From contig DATEJO010000036.1 of assembly GCA_035277905.1 (NCBI GenBank), forward strand, positions 8,638-72,637: 64,000 bases of DNA. Reading direction: 5' to 3'. The notes beneath the pieces were generated by a model that saw only the letters and a program-made list of their open reading frames with translations, was not told the origin of the DNA and searched no databases. This DNA comes from Candidatus Sulfotelmatobacter sp. (GTDB lineage: Bacteria > Acidobacteriota > Terriglobia > Terriglobales > Acidobacteriaceae). Below, piece after piece: positions 47,861-58,086 of this stretch. The stretch's first letter is position 1; each line of letters begins with the position of its first letter. The translations under genes were made by a program, and so were the position numbers.

Positions 47861-48625
47861 ATGACCGACGAGAGATTCTTTCGCGCACGCGTCGCGAAGC
47901 GCATCGATTTCGCGCCCGATCTCTGGATGTTTCGTATTCAAACCGGAGGCGAGTTCAAGTTCGTCCCCGGCCAGTTCGCAACATTGGGTGTCGAGTCTGA
48001 CGGGCGGCGCATCGAGCGGCCCTATTCCATCGTCTCTTCGCCTGCCGAAGATGAGGTCGAATTCTTCTTCGAGCTCGTGCCTGAGGGGGCACTCACTCCG
48101 CTTCTCTACAAGCTGCAACCGGGCGACGAGTTGCTGATGCGGAAAGTTCCCAAGGGGAAGTTCTCGCTCGACACGCACAACGGTCGCAGGAATCATCTGT
48201 TGATTTCGACTGTCACCGGTGTGGCTCCGTTCGTCAGTTACGTGCGCTGGCTCGCGAAGGAATGGCGTGAAGGGCGGTTCGACGGAGCCCATCAGCTCTA
48301 TCTTCTCAATGGGGCCAGCCGGCCGTTCGAATTTGGATATCTCGAAGAATTGAACCAGTTCGACAAAGAACTACCATGGTTCAAGTACGTACCAACGGTG
48401 AGCCGTCCGTGGGATCATGCGGATTGGGGAGGCGAGATTGGACGTGCAGATGACATCCTGCGCAAATATGCCGATCATTGGGAACTCGATGCCAGCAACA
48501 CGGTCGCCTACCTCTGCGGCCATCCCGAGATGATCGAGCACAGCAAGGCCATCCTCAAGCGCCGTGGATTTGTTGAGAAGGGCGCTGTCAAAGAAGAGGT
48601 CTACTGGATCCCGCCGCACAAGTAG
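47861..48625 (+). CDS. fpr: Ferredoxin--NADP(+) reductase (bacterial Fpr type)
   Basis: FAD-binding RPYSIVS and NADP-binding LISTVTGVAPF motifs, with C-terminal ...EEVYW. The ATG at 47861 is preferred to the TTG at 47816. Confidence 0.85.
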   Translation: MTDERFFRARVAKRIDFAPDLWMFRIQTGGEFKFVPGQFATLGVESDGRRIERPYSIVSSPAEDEVEFFFELVPEGALTPLLYKLQPGDELLMRKVPKGKFSLDTHNGRRNHLLISTVTGVAPFVSYVRWLAKEWREGRFDGAHQLYLLNGASRPFEFGYLEELNQFDKELPWFKYVPTVSRPWDHADWGGEIGRADDILRKYADHWELDASNTVAYLCGHPEMIEHSKAILKRRGFVEKGAVKEEVYWIPPHK

Positions 48626-48630
48626 CCATC

Positions 48631-49167
48631 TTACAATCTGACCTCTGAACTGCGCCGCTCAAGCAGCAGAACATCGCGCCAGGTATCGCCCAATTTTCCG
48701 ATCTTTCGGCGGGTTCCGACTTCTCGGAATCCACACGATTTGTGAAGCGCGAGACTCGCTTTGTTCTCGGGAAAAATTCCAGCCTGCAAGGTCCAGATGC
48801 CATTCGCCTCTGATTCTCGAATTAGGGCATCGAGCAACGCTTTGCCGATGCCTTTTCCCCGCGCCTCCGCAGCGACATAGACCGAAACCTCGGCCACGCC
48901 GCGGTAAACATGGCGTGCGGAGACGGGGCTCAGAGCAGCCCATCCGAGAACCTTGGCTTTCGGGAGAAATACAAGGTGCTCGTCTTCGAACTCATCACCC
49001 ATTTCTAGGGCCAGTAAGCGGCAGTCCTTTCGATGGGTGCCATCCCACTTCTCCCAGTCCGGCAATTCCGTTTCGAAAGTCGCATTCCCGGTGTTGATTC
49101 CTTCGCTGTAGATCTCCTGCACGGAAGGCCAGACATTCGGAGGCATGGGGATGATGCGGTAGTTCAA
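48631..49167 (-). CDS. GNAT N-acetyltransferase (phosphinothricin/methionine-sulfoximine acetyltransferase-like)
   Basis: ...INTGNATFETELPDWEKW...EVSVYVAAEARGKGIGKALLDALI...GIFPENKASLALHKSCGFREVG is the PAT-subfamily GNAT pattern. Confidence 0.85.
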   Translation of the reverse strand: MNYRIIPMPPNVWPSVQEIYSEGINTGNATFETELPDWEKWDGTHRKDCRLLALEMGDEFEDEHLVFLPKAKVLGWAALSPVSARHVYRGVAEVSVYVAAEARGKGIGKALLDALIRESEANGIWTLQAGIFPENKASLALHKSCGFREVGTRRKIGKLGDTWRDVLLLERRSSEVRL

Positions 49168-49173
49168 GTGGAT

Positions 49174-49488
49174 CTAGCTCTCCGGAGGAGCGAAGAAGAC
49201 CAGAACGGCCAGTTCCTCAGCAATGTCGTAGAACTTATGCTCGACCTCGGCGGCCACAAACAGGACACTTCCGGCTGACACTTCCGTGTCCTGATTTCCA
49301 GCGCGAAATCGCGCCCGGCCTCGAACCACGTAATACATCTCGTCCTCTTGGTGTGGACGCTGCGTGTCAGTTGCCCCGGCGGCAAGAACGTAAACTCCCG
49401 CGCTCATCGAAGAAACTCGCAGAAATTCGTGATACAACTTGCTGGCATGCGAGCGTTGCCGATCGATCTCCGCCAGCTTCGCGAACAT
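49174..49488 (-). CDS. Cupin-domain protein
   Basis: Cupin motifs ...HQEDEMYYVVRGRARF... and ...GSVLFVAAEVEHKF. The ATG at 49486-49488, 5 nt after the TetR stop, is preferred to 49578, which would overlap tetR. Confidence 0.7.
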   Translation of the reverse strand: MFAKLAEIDRQRSHASKLYHEFLRVSSMSAGVYVLAAGATDTQRPHQEDEMYYVVRGRARFRAGNQDTEVSAGSVLFVAAEVEHKFYDIAEELAVLVFFAPPES

Positions 49489-49493
49489 CGTCT

Positions 49494-50081
49494 TCACGCG
49501 AGGATTCCCCCGAACATAAGGTCTGTGAACTGCGGCACGAGATTGTGCGTTTGCAACTCTCCTTCGGGTTTGTACCACTGATAGATCCAGTTGATCATGC
49601 CGAGCAGCGCGAAAGCCGCGGCGCGAGGGCTCACAGAACCTTTGCCGCGACGGGTGCGCTGCACTTCGGCGATCAGCCCTTCAACGAAATGCACATACTC
49701 TTTCTTCCGAGCGTTAATGCGCTTACGCAGACCCGGCGGCAGAGGATGGTTTTCGTGCAGCATCACCGTGATCTCGCGGTCGCGCGGGCTGAGCACCACC
49801 TCAATGTGCAGGCGAATCAACGACCGCAGCCGCTCCTCGGGATCGGCTATTCCGCGCACAGGTCCGAGCACGCGCTCCTGCGTAATCTCCATCGCATGAT
49901 TCATGATCTCGAACAGGATTTCGTCTTTGCTCTGGAAGTGGTGATAGAGGCCGCCTTTGCTCAATTTCAGCGCGGCCGCCACGTCGTTCATCGAGGTAGC
50001 GTCGTAGCCGCGCTGCTGAAACAGGCGTGCCGCCGTGCGCAGAATTTCCTGCCGGGAATCAACCAGCGTCTCGCGTGCCAT
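49494..50081 (-). CDS. TetR/AcrR-family transcriptional regulator
   Basis: N-terminal [51 protein letters not shown]. Confidence 0.88.
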   Translation of the reverse strand: MARETLVDSRQEILRTAARLFQQRGYDATSMNDVAAALKLSKGGLYHHFQSKDEILFEIMNHAMEITQERVLGPVRGIADPEERLRSLIRLHIEVVLSPRDREITVMLHENHPLPPGLRKRINARKKEYVHFVEGLIAEVQRTRRGKGSVSPRAAAFALLGMINWIYQWYKPEGELQTHNLVPQFTDLMFGGILA

Positions 50082-50155
50082 CGCTCGACATACTAAACAG
50101 TTATCGCCGGAAAGCCAACGGAGTGCGTAAGATAGGCTTGCACCACAGTTCTAGC

Positions 50156-50184
50156 TTGACATCAACCACGCGCCTAGGTAGCAT
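50156..50184 (+). promoter_or_regulatory. Predicted sigma70-type promoter of the ilvC operon
   Basis: TTGACA (50156-50161), a 17-nt spacer, then TAGCAT (50179-50184). These are the same hexamers and spacing as the predicted dnaK promoter. Confidence 0.45.
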
Positions 50185-50196
50185 TTCCAGATACCG

Positions 50197-50210
50197 ACCG
50201 ACCGGTCGGT
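50197..50210. promoter_or_regulatory. Perfect 14-bp palindrome (candidate TetR operator)
   Basis: ACCGACC|GGTCGGT at 50197-50210, about 13 nt downstream of the predicted -10 of ilvC and 116 nt upstream of the divergent TetR start. Confidence 0.4.
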
Positions 50211-50305
50211 TTTCCGGCTGGGAAGCTCCTACGGGATCATTCAGGAAATTCCATACCCGTCAGCGACCTCCTTCAGTCCGTGACAGGTGCAACGAGAGGA
50301 GCACG

Positions 50306-51355
50306 ATGGCAGTCACCATTTTTTACGAACGCGACGCCAAGGCCGACGCCTTAAAGGGCAAGACGATCGCGATCCTTGGCTATGGCAGCCAGGGACACGC
50401 CCAGGCCCAGAATCTTCGCGACAGTGGACAGAAAGTAATCATCGGTCTCGACCCCAACCGTCCGAGCGCCGCTCAGGCCCGCGCCGACGGCATGGTCGTC
50501 GTAGCGCCAGATGAGGCCGCCAAGAGCGCCGACTGGATCCACATCCTGACTCCCGACGAGACGCAGGGCGAGTTGTACGAGAAATCGATCAAGCCCTACC
50601 TGCATCCCGGAAAAGTTCTCGGCGTTTCGCACGGATTCAGCATTCATTTTAAAACCATCGTTCCGCCGGCCGATGTTGACGTGGTCATGATTGCCCCCAA
50701 GAGTCCCGGCCATCTCGTCCGCCGCGTCTACACCGAAGGCCGAGGAGTTCCCGCCCTGCTCGCGATTCACCAAGACGCCAGCGGACGCGCCCACGAACTC
50801 GGTCTCGCCTACGCGCACGGCATCGGTTCAACCCGCGCCGGAGTGCTGCAGACCACTTTCAAAGAAGAAACCGAGAGCGATCTCTTCGGCGAACAGGCCG
50901 TCCTCTGCGGCGGACTGACCTCGCTGATCAAGAAGGGATTCGAAACTCTCGTCGAAGCAGGCTACGCGCCTGAGATCGCCTATTTCGAATGCCTCCACGA
51001 GGTGAAGCTCATCGTCGACCTGATTTATGAAGGTGGATTGGGACGCATGCGCTACTCGATATCGAATACGGCAGAGTATGGTGATCTGACCCGTGGCGAG
51101 CAGGTTGTCGGTGATGCGACGCGCCAAGCGATGAAGAAAACTCTGGCAGATATCCAGTCCGGCAAGTTCGCCCAGGAATGGATTGCCGAGAACAAGGCGG
51201 GCTGCCCGAACTTCAACAAGCTGCGCGAGAAGGAAAAACAGCACCCCATCGAAATCGTGGGCGCCCAACTCCGTAGCATGATGAGTTGGCTCCCGAAAGA
51301 AGGAAAAAAGCAGGCTGCTCCCCAGGAATCCACAAAACAGGTGGTGAATGCTTAA
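50306..51355 (+). CDS. ilvC: Ketol-acid reductoisomerase (class I)
   Basis: [11 protein letters not shown]...[35 protein letters not shown] lies upstream of the ATG at 50306. The ORF-track N-terminal extension from 50027 overlaps tetR and is rejected. Confidence 0.97.
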   Translation: MAVTIFYERDAKADALKGKTIAILGYGSQGHAQAQNLRDSGQKVIIGLDPNRPSAAQARADGMVVVAPDEAAKSADWIHILTPDETQGELYEKSIKPYLHPGKVLGVSHGFSIHFKTIVPPADVDVVMIAPKSPGHLVRRVYTEGRGVPALLAIHQDASGRAHELGLAYAHGIGSTRAGVLQTTFKEETESDLFGEQAVLCGGLTSLIKKGFETLVEAGYAPEIAYFECLHEVKLIVDLIYEGGLGRMRYSISNTAEYGDLTRGEQVVGDATRQAMKKTLADIQSGKFAQEWIAENKAGCPNFNKLREKEKQHPIEIVGAQLRSMMSWLPKEGKKQAAPQESTKQVVNA

Positions 51356-53042
51356 GGGAGCCGACATCGTCCTGCAGTGCCTGCGTGCCGAAGGCGTGGA
51401 CCTCGTCTTCGGCTATCCCGGAGGCGCGATCATGCCGTTGTACGACGCGCTCGAGGGCAGCGGCGTGAGGCACATCCTCACCCGGCATGAGCAGGGCGCC
51501 GTATTCGCGGCCGAAGGATACGCGCGAGTCACTGGGAAAGTCGGAGTCGCCATGGCGACCAGCGGTCCCGGCGCGACGAATCTCGTCACCGGCATAGCCG
51601 ACGCCAAGATGGATTCCGTTCCTCTGGTCTGCATTACAGGGCAAGTGCGCAGCGCATTGATCGGCACCGATGCTTTTCAGGAAACGGACGTCTTCGGAGT
51701 CACTCTTTCTCTCACCAAGTGGAGCCGACTGGTTCGTACGATCGATGAAATCGCCGATGTGATCGCTGAGGGTTTCTATTGGGCACGCAGCGGGCGTCCG
51801 GGGCCAGTAGTGATCGACATTCCCACTGATCTGCTGAAGGCAAAGAAAGAATTCTCAGGCCCGGCAAAGTTCACTCCGCATGCGCGGCCCGCAGATGCAA
51901 AGGCCGAGTGCGGTTTCACCGACACGATAGTCGCTCTGCTGCAACAATCTTCGAAGCCGGTTGCTTTGGTCGGTGCGGGAGCGAAGCTCTCGGGAGCTAT
52001 TCCTGAGTTACGCCGCCTCCTCAACAAGCTCAATGTTCCGACATTTGCGACAGTTCACGGCCTCGGCGCAGTTGAACCGCAAGCTCCGTATTACCTGGGC
52101 ATGGTGGGCATGCACGGCACTCGTGCTGCGAATATGGCGTTGCACGAGACCGATCTTCTTCTGGTCTTCGGAGCGCGGCTGGACGATCGCGTTACTGGCG
52201 ACCCGTCACGCTTCGCGCCTTACGCGAAAATCGTTCATTTCGAGATCGATCCCGCACAGCTCGATCGCGTGCGCCCGTGCGATCTGTCTGTGATCGGAGA
52301 TCTGGCAGACACAATCCCCGCATTCGATGCAGAGTTGCGCCGGCACGCGATCCCGGACTTCAAGGACTGGCGTTCGGTCGCGTGCGGGCCTGAGCGCGCT
52401 GAACTCGATCCGCGTGGCCTCGCGCAGCCGACAATCCGTTTTCTTGATGAACTCTTCAGCCGCTTGCCCGAGGACAGCGTTATTCTCGCCGATGTTGGCC
52501 AGCACCAGATGTGGGCCGCGCAGCGCTACCGGTCATCTTCTCCTCGCGGATTCATCACTTCCGGCGGATTGGGCTCAATGGGCTTCGCTTTGCCTGCCGC
52601 CGTCGGCGTGCAGCTCGCAAAGCCCGACACGTGCGTTCTCTGCGTCTCCGGCGACGGCGGATTCCAGATGAACATTCAGGAACTCGCCTCCGTCCATCGA
52701 CTGGGCCTGCCGATAAAGATGGTCATCATCGACAACAAGTACCTCGGCATGGTGCGGCAATGGCAGCAGCTCTTCTATGAGCGCAATTACGCCGAGACCG
52801 ACTTGAGCGACAATCCGGATTTCGTCGAGATCGCGAAAGCCTACAAGATTCACAGCTTCCGCATGAAGGAAGACGCCATGCGAGAGTTCCCGGTATCGCA
52901 GGAGACCGGAGATCAGATCGACCGTTTTCTCAGTTCGCCTGATCCGGAATTGCTGGTGTTCGATTGCGCGCCGGAGGCCAACGTTTTCCCGATGGTTCCA
53001 TCCGGCGCGGCGCTGTCAGAGATGCTACTGGAAGAAAAGTAA
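51348..53042 (+). CDS. ilvB: Acetolactate synthase (acetohydroxyacid synthase) large subunit
   Basis: ThDP-enzyme motifs: ...[16 protein letters not shown]..., [14 protein letters not shown], and the ThDP-binding [12 protein letters not shown]...GDGGFQMN. It overlaps ilvC by 8 nt. Confidence 0.95.
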   Translation: MLKGADIVLQCLRAEGVDLVFGYPGGAIMPLYDALEGSGVRHILTRHEQGAVFAAEGYARVTGKVGVAMATSGPGATNLVTGIADAKMDSVPLVCITGQVRSALIGTDAFQETDVFGVTLSLTKWSRLVRTIDEIADVIAEGFYWARSGRPGPVVIDIPTDLLKAKKEFSGPAKFTPHARPADAKAECGFTDTIVALLQQSSKPVALVGAGAKLSGAIPELRRLLNKLNVPTFATVHGLGAVEPQAPYYLGMVGMHGTRAANMALHETDLLLVFGARLDDRVTGDPSRFAPYAKIVHFEIDPAQLDRVRPCDLSVIGDLADTIPAFDAELRRHAIPDFKDWRSVACGPERAELDPRGLAQPTIRFLDELFSRLPEDSVILADVGQHQMWAAQRYRSSSPRGFITSGGLGSMGFALPAAVGVQLAKPDTCVLCVSGDGGFQMNIQELASVHRLGLPIKMVIIDNKYLGMVRQWQQLFYERNYAETDLSDNPDFVEIAKAYKIHSFRMKEDAMREFPVSQETGDQIDRFLSSPDPELLVFDCAPEANVFPMVPSGAALSEMLLEEK

Positions 53043-53083
53043 CGCGAAGTTTTGCAGCATGAACAGCCGGCAGAGGCCGGCAA

Positions 53084-53395
53084 ATGGGGGCTCACGACAT
53101 GCAATTTCACATTCGCTATCGCAACACGCAAGGCACGCTGATGCGCATCCTGAACGCGGCTTCGCGGCGCGGACTCGATCTGCCGTCAGTCACCGCGCAG
53201 CCTATAGACCGTGAGCATCAGGTCACTCTGATCCTGGATGTGAATCAGAAGCAGATCGGCCAGCTCTATCGCGAATGGTATTCGATCGCGGATGTGACTC
53301 ACGTTGGCTCGGGCGCATCGCAAGCAGAATGGGCCGCGCATCATCCGCCTGCGGGAGTGTCGATTGAAGAAGCGCGCGCAGCAGCCCGCGCATAG
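53084..53395 (+). CDS. ACT-domain acetolactate synthase small (regulatory) subunit, IlvM/IlvN-like
   Basis: ~100-aa protein directly downstream of the large subunit. ...NTQGTLMRILNAASRRGLDL...QVTLILDV...ADVTHV resembles short IlvM-type subunits. The ATG at 53099 is an alternative start. Confidence 0.65.
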   Translation: MGAHDMQFHIRYRNTQGTLMRILNAASRRGLDLPSVTAQPIDREHQVTLILDVNQKQIGQLYREWYSIADVTHVGSGASQAEWAAHHPPAGVSIEEARAAARA

Positions 53396-53451
53396 GCAAG
53401 TTTGGAATAGCTGGGCAAGCATGACGATCTCTGGGCAGCGTCATGCAATTT

Positions 53452-53483
53452 GGGGAACCTGCACAAGCGGGTTCCCCGTTTTT
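53452..53483 (+). terminator. Intrinsic terminator between ALS small subunit and ilvD
   Basis: GGGGAACC (53452-59) pairs perfectly with GGTTCCCC (53470-77) around a 10-nt loop, followed by GTTTTT. A second 7-bp hairpin, CATGACG...CGTCATG, lies at about 53420-53446. Confidence 0.75.
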
Positions 53484-53602
53484 GTAAGTGCTCTGGTATA
53501 AAACCCCGCTGGCCAAAGAAGGAATTCCGCTCAGCCCCTTCGTGGTACTTCGTGCCCTTAGTGGTTTATGCTTTCTAGTTTCTACTAGGAGACGCAATCA
53601 TC

Positions 53603-55276
53603 ATGGATCCCAAACATATCAGCCGCGGAATCACCGAAGGACGCGATCGTGCCGGCGCTCGGTCAATGTTCAAAGCAATTGGATTCACCGATGCTGATCT
53701 GAGCCGCCCAATTATCGGGGTAGCGAATACCTGGATCGAAACCATGCCGTGCAACTTTCATCTCCGTCGACTGTCGGCCAAGGTGAAGGAAGGCATCCGA
53801 GCCGCGGGCGGAACGCCCATGGAATTCAACACCATCGCGATCTCCGACGGCGAGACGATGGGCACCGAGGGTATGCGTGCTTCCCTAGTGAGCCGTGAGC
53901 TGATCGCTGACTCGATCGAGCTCGTTTGCCGCGGCCAGATGTTCGACGCGGTGGTCTGCGTCGTCGGCTGCGACAAAACAATTCCCGCAGCGGCCATGGC
54001 TCTCGCCCGCCTGAATCTCCCGGGCCTTGTGCTGTATGGAGGAACGATCGCTCCCGGCAGCTATCGCGGCAAAGATGTCACGATTCAGGACGTTTTCGAA
54101 GCAATCGGCTCAAACGTCGCCGGAAAAATGAGCGATGCTGAATTGAAAGAACTTGAGGACGTCGCTTGTCCCGGTGCCGGAGCCTGCGGCGGGCAATATA
54201 CGGCGAACACGATGTCGACGGTCATGGAGATGATCGGGCTCTCGCCCATGGGATTCAATAGCGTTCCTGCATTGGATCCCAAGAAAGATGAAATCTCTTT
54301 CGAGTGCGGCAGCATCGTCATGACCGTTCTCAAGAGCGGGCTGAAGCCGCGCGACATTCTGACGCGCGATGCGTTCGAAAACGCGATCGCGTCGGTTGCA
54401 GCGACCGGTGGATCGACCAACGCGGTCCTGCATTTGCTCGCGATATCCCGTGAAGCAGGAGTTTCGCTCGAGATCGACGACTTCCAGACAATCAGCGAAC
54501 GCACGCCTCTGCTGACCGACCTCAAACCTTCTGGCCGCTTCGTCGCGGCCGATATGCACCGGGCTGGCGGGATTCGTCTGCTGGCCAAGCGGCTAATGAG
54601 CGGGAAATATCTCCACGGATCGGCAAAAACTGTCACGGGTATGACGATCGCGGCAGAAGCCCACAAAGCTGTCGAAACTCCCGGACAGGAAGTAATCGCT
54701 CCCCTCGACAAGCCGCTGAAGGCCACAGGAGGGCTCGTGATCCTCAAGGGAAATCTTGCACCCGAAGGTTGCGTGGCCAAGATCAGCGGTCATGAGCGCC
54801 TCGAGCAGCGCGGCCCGGCGCGCGTTTTCGATTCGGAAGAAGACGCAATGGCCGCGGTGGAAGCGAGAAAAATCAAGGCTGGAGACGTAGTCGTCATCCG
54901 CAATGAGGGTCCGAAGGGTGGACCGGGCATGCGCGAGATGCTCGGGGTCACCGCAGCGATTGTCGGAGAAGGTCTCGGCGATTCGGTCGCGCTGTTGACC
55001 GACGGCCGTTTCAGCGGAGCGACTCGCGGTCTGATGGCCGGCCACGTCTCTCCCGAGGCTGCCTTGGGCGGTCCGATCAACGCGGTTCGCGATGGCGACA
55101 TGATCCGCTTTGATGTGCGAAAGCGCCTGCTCGAAGTCGAGATCAGCAACGACGTGCTGCAGCAACGTATGAAGGAGTGGAAAGCACGGGATCCCCGCTA
55201 TCCAACCGGTGTTTTTGCCAAATATGCCGCCTTGGTCTCCTCGGCGTCGCAAGGAGCGATTACCAAGCCACGCTGA
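53603..55276 (+). CDS. ilvD: Dihydroxy-acid dehydratase
   Basis: 557 aa with ...[25 protein letters not shown]..., CDKTIPA and CPGAGACGG (Fe-S cluster ligand contexts). An AGGAG RBS is present. Confidence 0.97.
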   Translation: MDPKHISRGITEGRDRAGARSMFKAIGFTDADLSRPIIGVANTWIETMPCNFHLRRLSAKVKEGIRAAGGTPMEFNTIAISDGETMGTEGMRASLVSRELIADSIELVCRGQMFDAVVCVVGCDKTIPAAAMALARLNLPGLVLYGGTIAPGSYRGKDVTIQDVFEAIGSNVAGKMSDAELKELEDVACPGAGACGGQYTANTMSTVMEMIGLSPMGFNSVPALDPKKDEISFECGSIVMTVLKSGLKPRDILTRDAFENAIASVAATGGSTNAVLHLLAISREAGVSLEIDDFQTISERTPLLTDLKPSGRFVAADMHRAGGIRLLAKRLMSGKYLHGSAKTVTGMTIAAEAHKAVETPGQEVIAPLDKPLKATGGLVILKGNLAPEGCVAKISGHERLEQRGPARVFDSEEDAMAAVEARKIKAGDVVVIRNEGPKGGPGMREMLGVTAAIVGEGLGDSVALLTDGRFSGATRGLMAGHVSPEAALGGPINAVRDGDMIRFDVRKRLLEVEISNDVLQQRMKEWKARDPRYPTGVFAKYAALVSSASQGAITKPR

Positions 55277-55441
55277 CAGAAGATCTCCTCGACCGCAATG
55301 CGTTGAAAACAAAGCTTAAAAGGAAGGTCGACGGTCCGTTATTTTGCAACTACAATACTTTGAGCATCATCCAAATTTGTAGACGCCACGATGCGTACAC
55401 AGGCTCTATCCGCCAGAGGCGGAGGGGCACTGGAGGACATC

Positions 55442-56332
55442 ATGAGTTTGACCCCGATTGGCGAACTTCGCCATAAGGTCTCGACCGCCACTCTGCGGGA
55501 CCTGAAGCTCCGCCACGATCCCATCACCTGCATCACCGCTTATGACTATGCCGCTGCCCGCCTCGTGGACGAGGCAGGCGTGGACATGGTTCTCGTCGGC
55601 GATTCGCTCGCGCAGACGATGCTCGGCTATGAGAACACGCTTTCCGTCACCGTCGACGAGATGCTCCATCACGTCAAAGCGGTTCGCCGCGGCGTGAAGA
55701 ATGCTCTGCTGGTGGCAGATATGCCGTACGGCTCGTACCACGTCGACGCCAAGGAAGCTGTCGTTAATGCCACGCGCTTCGTAAAAGAAGGCGGCGCTGA
55801 AGTAGTGAAGATCGAGGGCGGCGAAAAACGCGGCGACCTGATCCGGCACATCATCGACGCCGAAATTCCCGTCGCCGGCCATATTGGGCTCACTCCTCAA
55901 TCGGTCAACATGATGGGCGGCTACAAGGTCCAAGGCAAAAACTTGAGCGGCATTGAACAGCTCATGCGCGATGCCGTGGCTCTGGATCGCGCCGGCGTGT
56001 CCTGCCTCTATCTGGAAGGTATTCCGCGGGAAGTCGCGTCCATGATCACCGCCGAGGTGAGCACGCCGACTATCGGCATCGGCGCCGGGCCGGATTGCGA
56101 CGGCCAGGTCCTCGTCTTCCACGACATTCTGAACCTGACATTCGCGCCCGCGGCAAAGTTCGTGCGCCGCTATGGAGATGCCGCGGCTCTGATTACAAAT
56201 GCGGTTCAGGCGTTCCGGGCTGACGTTCGCTCGCATCAGTATCCCTCGGACGAGGAGTCGTATCACTTACCGAAGGAGACCAAAGCCGCGCTGGAAACCG
56301 TACTCGAGCGCAAACGCGCCATGCGGCGGTAA
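55442..56332 (+). CDS. panB: 3-methyl-2-oxobutanoate hydroxymethyltransferase
   Basis: ...ITCITAYDYAAARLVDEAGVDMVLVGDSLAQTMLGY...VVKIEGG...GHIGLTPQS. GGAGG lies 5 nt upstream of the ATG at 55442, which is preferred to 55391. Confidence 0.95.
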   Translation: MSLTPIGELRHKVSTATLRDLKLRHDPITCITAYDYAAARLVDEAGVDMVLVGDSLAQTMLGYENTLSVTVDEMLHHVKAVRRGVKNALLVADMPYGSYHVDAKEAVVNATRFVKEGGAEVVKIEGGEKRGDLIRHIIDAEIPVAGHIGLTPQSVNMMGGYKVQGKNLSGIEQLMRDAVALDRAGVSCLYLEGIPREVASMITAEVSTPTIGIGAGPDCDGQVLVFHDILNLTFAPAAKFVRRYGDAAALITNAVQAFRADVRSHQYPSDEESYHLPKETKAALETVLERKRAMRR

Positions 56333-56465
56333 GTACCGATTGAACGCAAGTTCCTACGGAACCCGGGGGTTATGTTTTGCGTATATCTGGGTGTGGGATT
56401 GGTGGGTGAAGAATCCCTGACTCAGCCCGCACCGGCTGGTGCTAGGCTATAAAAGGGAGGCAGTC

Positions 56466-56681
56466 ATGGTTCTCTCAATATTCTTCTTCCCGTTTCTGGG
56501 CTTTGGCTTCGGTATTCCGTTTCTACTGTACTTTCTGCCGTCGCTTATCGCTTTGATTCGCGGCAAGAGGGACACTCTGGCGATTTTTCTGTTGAACCTT
56601 TTCCTCGGCTGGAGCGTCATAGGATGGATTGTCGCGCTGGTCTGGGCGGCGAAAAACGATGTTCCCGTGGTGGCGAGGTAA
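56466..56681 (+). CDS. Superinfection-immunity (Imm)-like small membrane protein
   Basis: LPSLIALIRGKRDTLAIFLLNLFLGWSVIGWIVALVWAAKN matches the pattern I recall for PF14373-type proteins, with 2 TM segments. A GGGAGG RBS lies upstream of the ATG at 56466. Confidence 0.65.
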   Translation: MVLSIFFFPFLGFGFGIPFLLYFLPSLIALIRGKRDTLAIFLLNLFLGWSVIGWIVALVWAAKNDVPVVAR

Positions 56682-56690
56682 TATCGGCCC

Positions 56691-57128
56691 GTGATCTTTC
56701 GGCATGCGCGCTTCGTAATTCTGGTTTGTGCCAGTCTGACACTCGTGGCCTGCTCGAGTCAGACTTCAGCGAATACCCGCGACCCACTCGCGTCGTTGCA
56801 GGCGATTCCTTCAGCGGACTCCGCGAAATACGACCATGTCCGCGATATGAAGACTTGGCAGAATCCTTACTTGATTGTTCGCCCGGATGGAATTGCGCTC
56901 CTCGACGTCGCCGACAGTGCGGAAATCATTCTAAAGCCAAACGAGTTGCTCCCGGCCTTGGCGAAACTGCCGCCCTCGAACTGGCCTTACGGACGCGTCG
57001 TCGCTGCTGCAGAGAACGAGGCGAAAAGCTCTGCACAGGATCAGATTGCCGTTCGCCGGAACAAAGGCATCGTAGGCGGACTTCTGACAGGGGCGCACAT
57101 CGCAGTCCGATGGGTGCCCTCGGCATAG
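56691..57128 (+). CDS. Hypothetical lipoprotein
   Basis: GTG start. Signal peptide with lipobox (VILVCASLTLVAC|SSQ). No family was recognised. Confidence 0.55.
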   Translation: MIFRHARFVILVCASLTLVACSSQTSANTRDPLASLQAIPSADSAKYDHVRDMKTWQNPYLIVRPDGIALLDVADSAEIILKPNELLPALAKLPPSNWPYGRVVAAAENEAKSSAQDQIAVRRNKGIVGGLLTGAHIAVRWVPSA

Positions 57129-57197
57129 AGCGGCAGAATCTGGAAACGGCTGTCCCAGCCGCACCATCCGAGTCGACTTCGTGAGCGCTTCTAGCAC

Positions 57198-58046
57198 TTG
57201 AAAATCTTCAAGACTATCGACGAAATGCGGAGCGCTTCGCGCGAGGCACGGCGCGCAGGAAAGCGCCTCGGGATTGTTCCGACCATGGGCGCACTCCATG
57301 AAGGGCATCTCTCGCTGGTGCGAGCCGCGCGCGCTGCTAGCGATATCGTTGCGGTCTCGATCTTCGTCAATCCCACTCAGTTCGGCCCGACTGAAGATCT
57401 CGCCAAATATCCCCGATCATTCGAACGCGATTGCGAACTGCTCGACCGTGAAGGAGTAAATTTCATCTTTGCGCCATCAGTAGAGGAAATGTATCCGGCC
57501 GGCGTCGTAACGTGGGTGACTGTCGAAGAACTCAGCGGAAAGCTCGATGGTCGGTCCCGCCCCGGACACTTCCGAGGTGTCACCACAGTCGTTTCCAAGC
57601 TATTTCATATCGCTGAGCCGGACGCGGCATTTTTTGGCCAGAAAGACGCCGCCCAAGTCGCCGTCATCCGTCGAATGGTGCGCGATCAGAATTTCGGAGT
57701 GGAAATTACTGTATGTCCGATCGTGCGCGAGCCGGACGGCTTGGCCATGAGTTCCCGCAATGCTTATCTTAACGCGGAGCAGAGGAAGCAGGCGCTGATT
57801 CTGCACCGTTCGCTGATGCGAATTGAAGAACTGGCGCGGAAAGGTGAGAGCAGTGCAGGGCGTCTAATCGCTGCCGCTCGCGAAGAATTTGCAACGGAAC
57901 CTGATGTGCGATTGGATTATTTTGAGATCGTCAATCCCGAGACACTCGATCCCCTGAAGAACTTATCCAACGGTGCGCTGGTCGCCGTTGCAGCATACGT
58001 CGGAACAACCCGCTTGATTGACAATCTTTTGCTCACACCGGTTTGA
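57198..58046 (+). CDS. panC: Pantoate--beta-alanine ligase
   Basis: LGIVPTMGALHEGHLSLV (HIGH-like motif) and ...FGQKDAAQVAVIRRMVRDQNF... TTG start at 57198. Confidence 0.95.
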   Translation: MKIFKTIDEMRSASREARRAGKRLGIVPTMGALHEGHLSLVRAARAASDIVAVSIFVNPTQFGPTEDLAKYPRSFERDCELLDREGVNFIFAPSVEEMYPAGVVTWVTVEELSGKLDGRSRPGHFRGVTTVVSKLFHIAEPDAAFFGQKDAAQVAVIRRMVRDQNFGVEITVCPIVREPDGLAMSSRNAYLNAEQRKQALILHRSLMRIEELARKGESSAGRLIAAAREEFATEPDVRLDYFEIVNPETLDPLKNLSNGALVAVAAYVGTTRLIDNLLLTPV

Positions 58047-58086
58047 GAGAGCAACGACTAACAACAGCGCTTTAATGATCTTCCGG

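Noticed and set aside
50027-50305. A 93-codon N-terminal extension of the ilvC ORF given in the ORF track.
   Set aside because: It overlaps the tetR coding region and the predicted promoter. The canonical KARI N-terminus [11 protein letters not shown] starts at 50306 with a good RBS.
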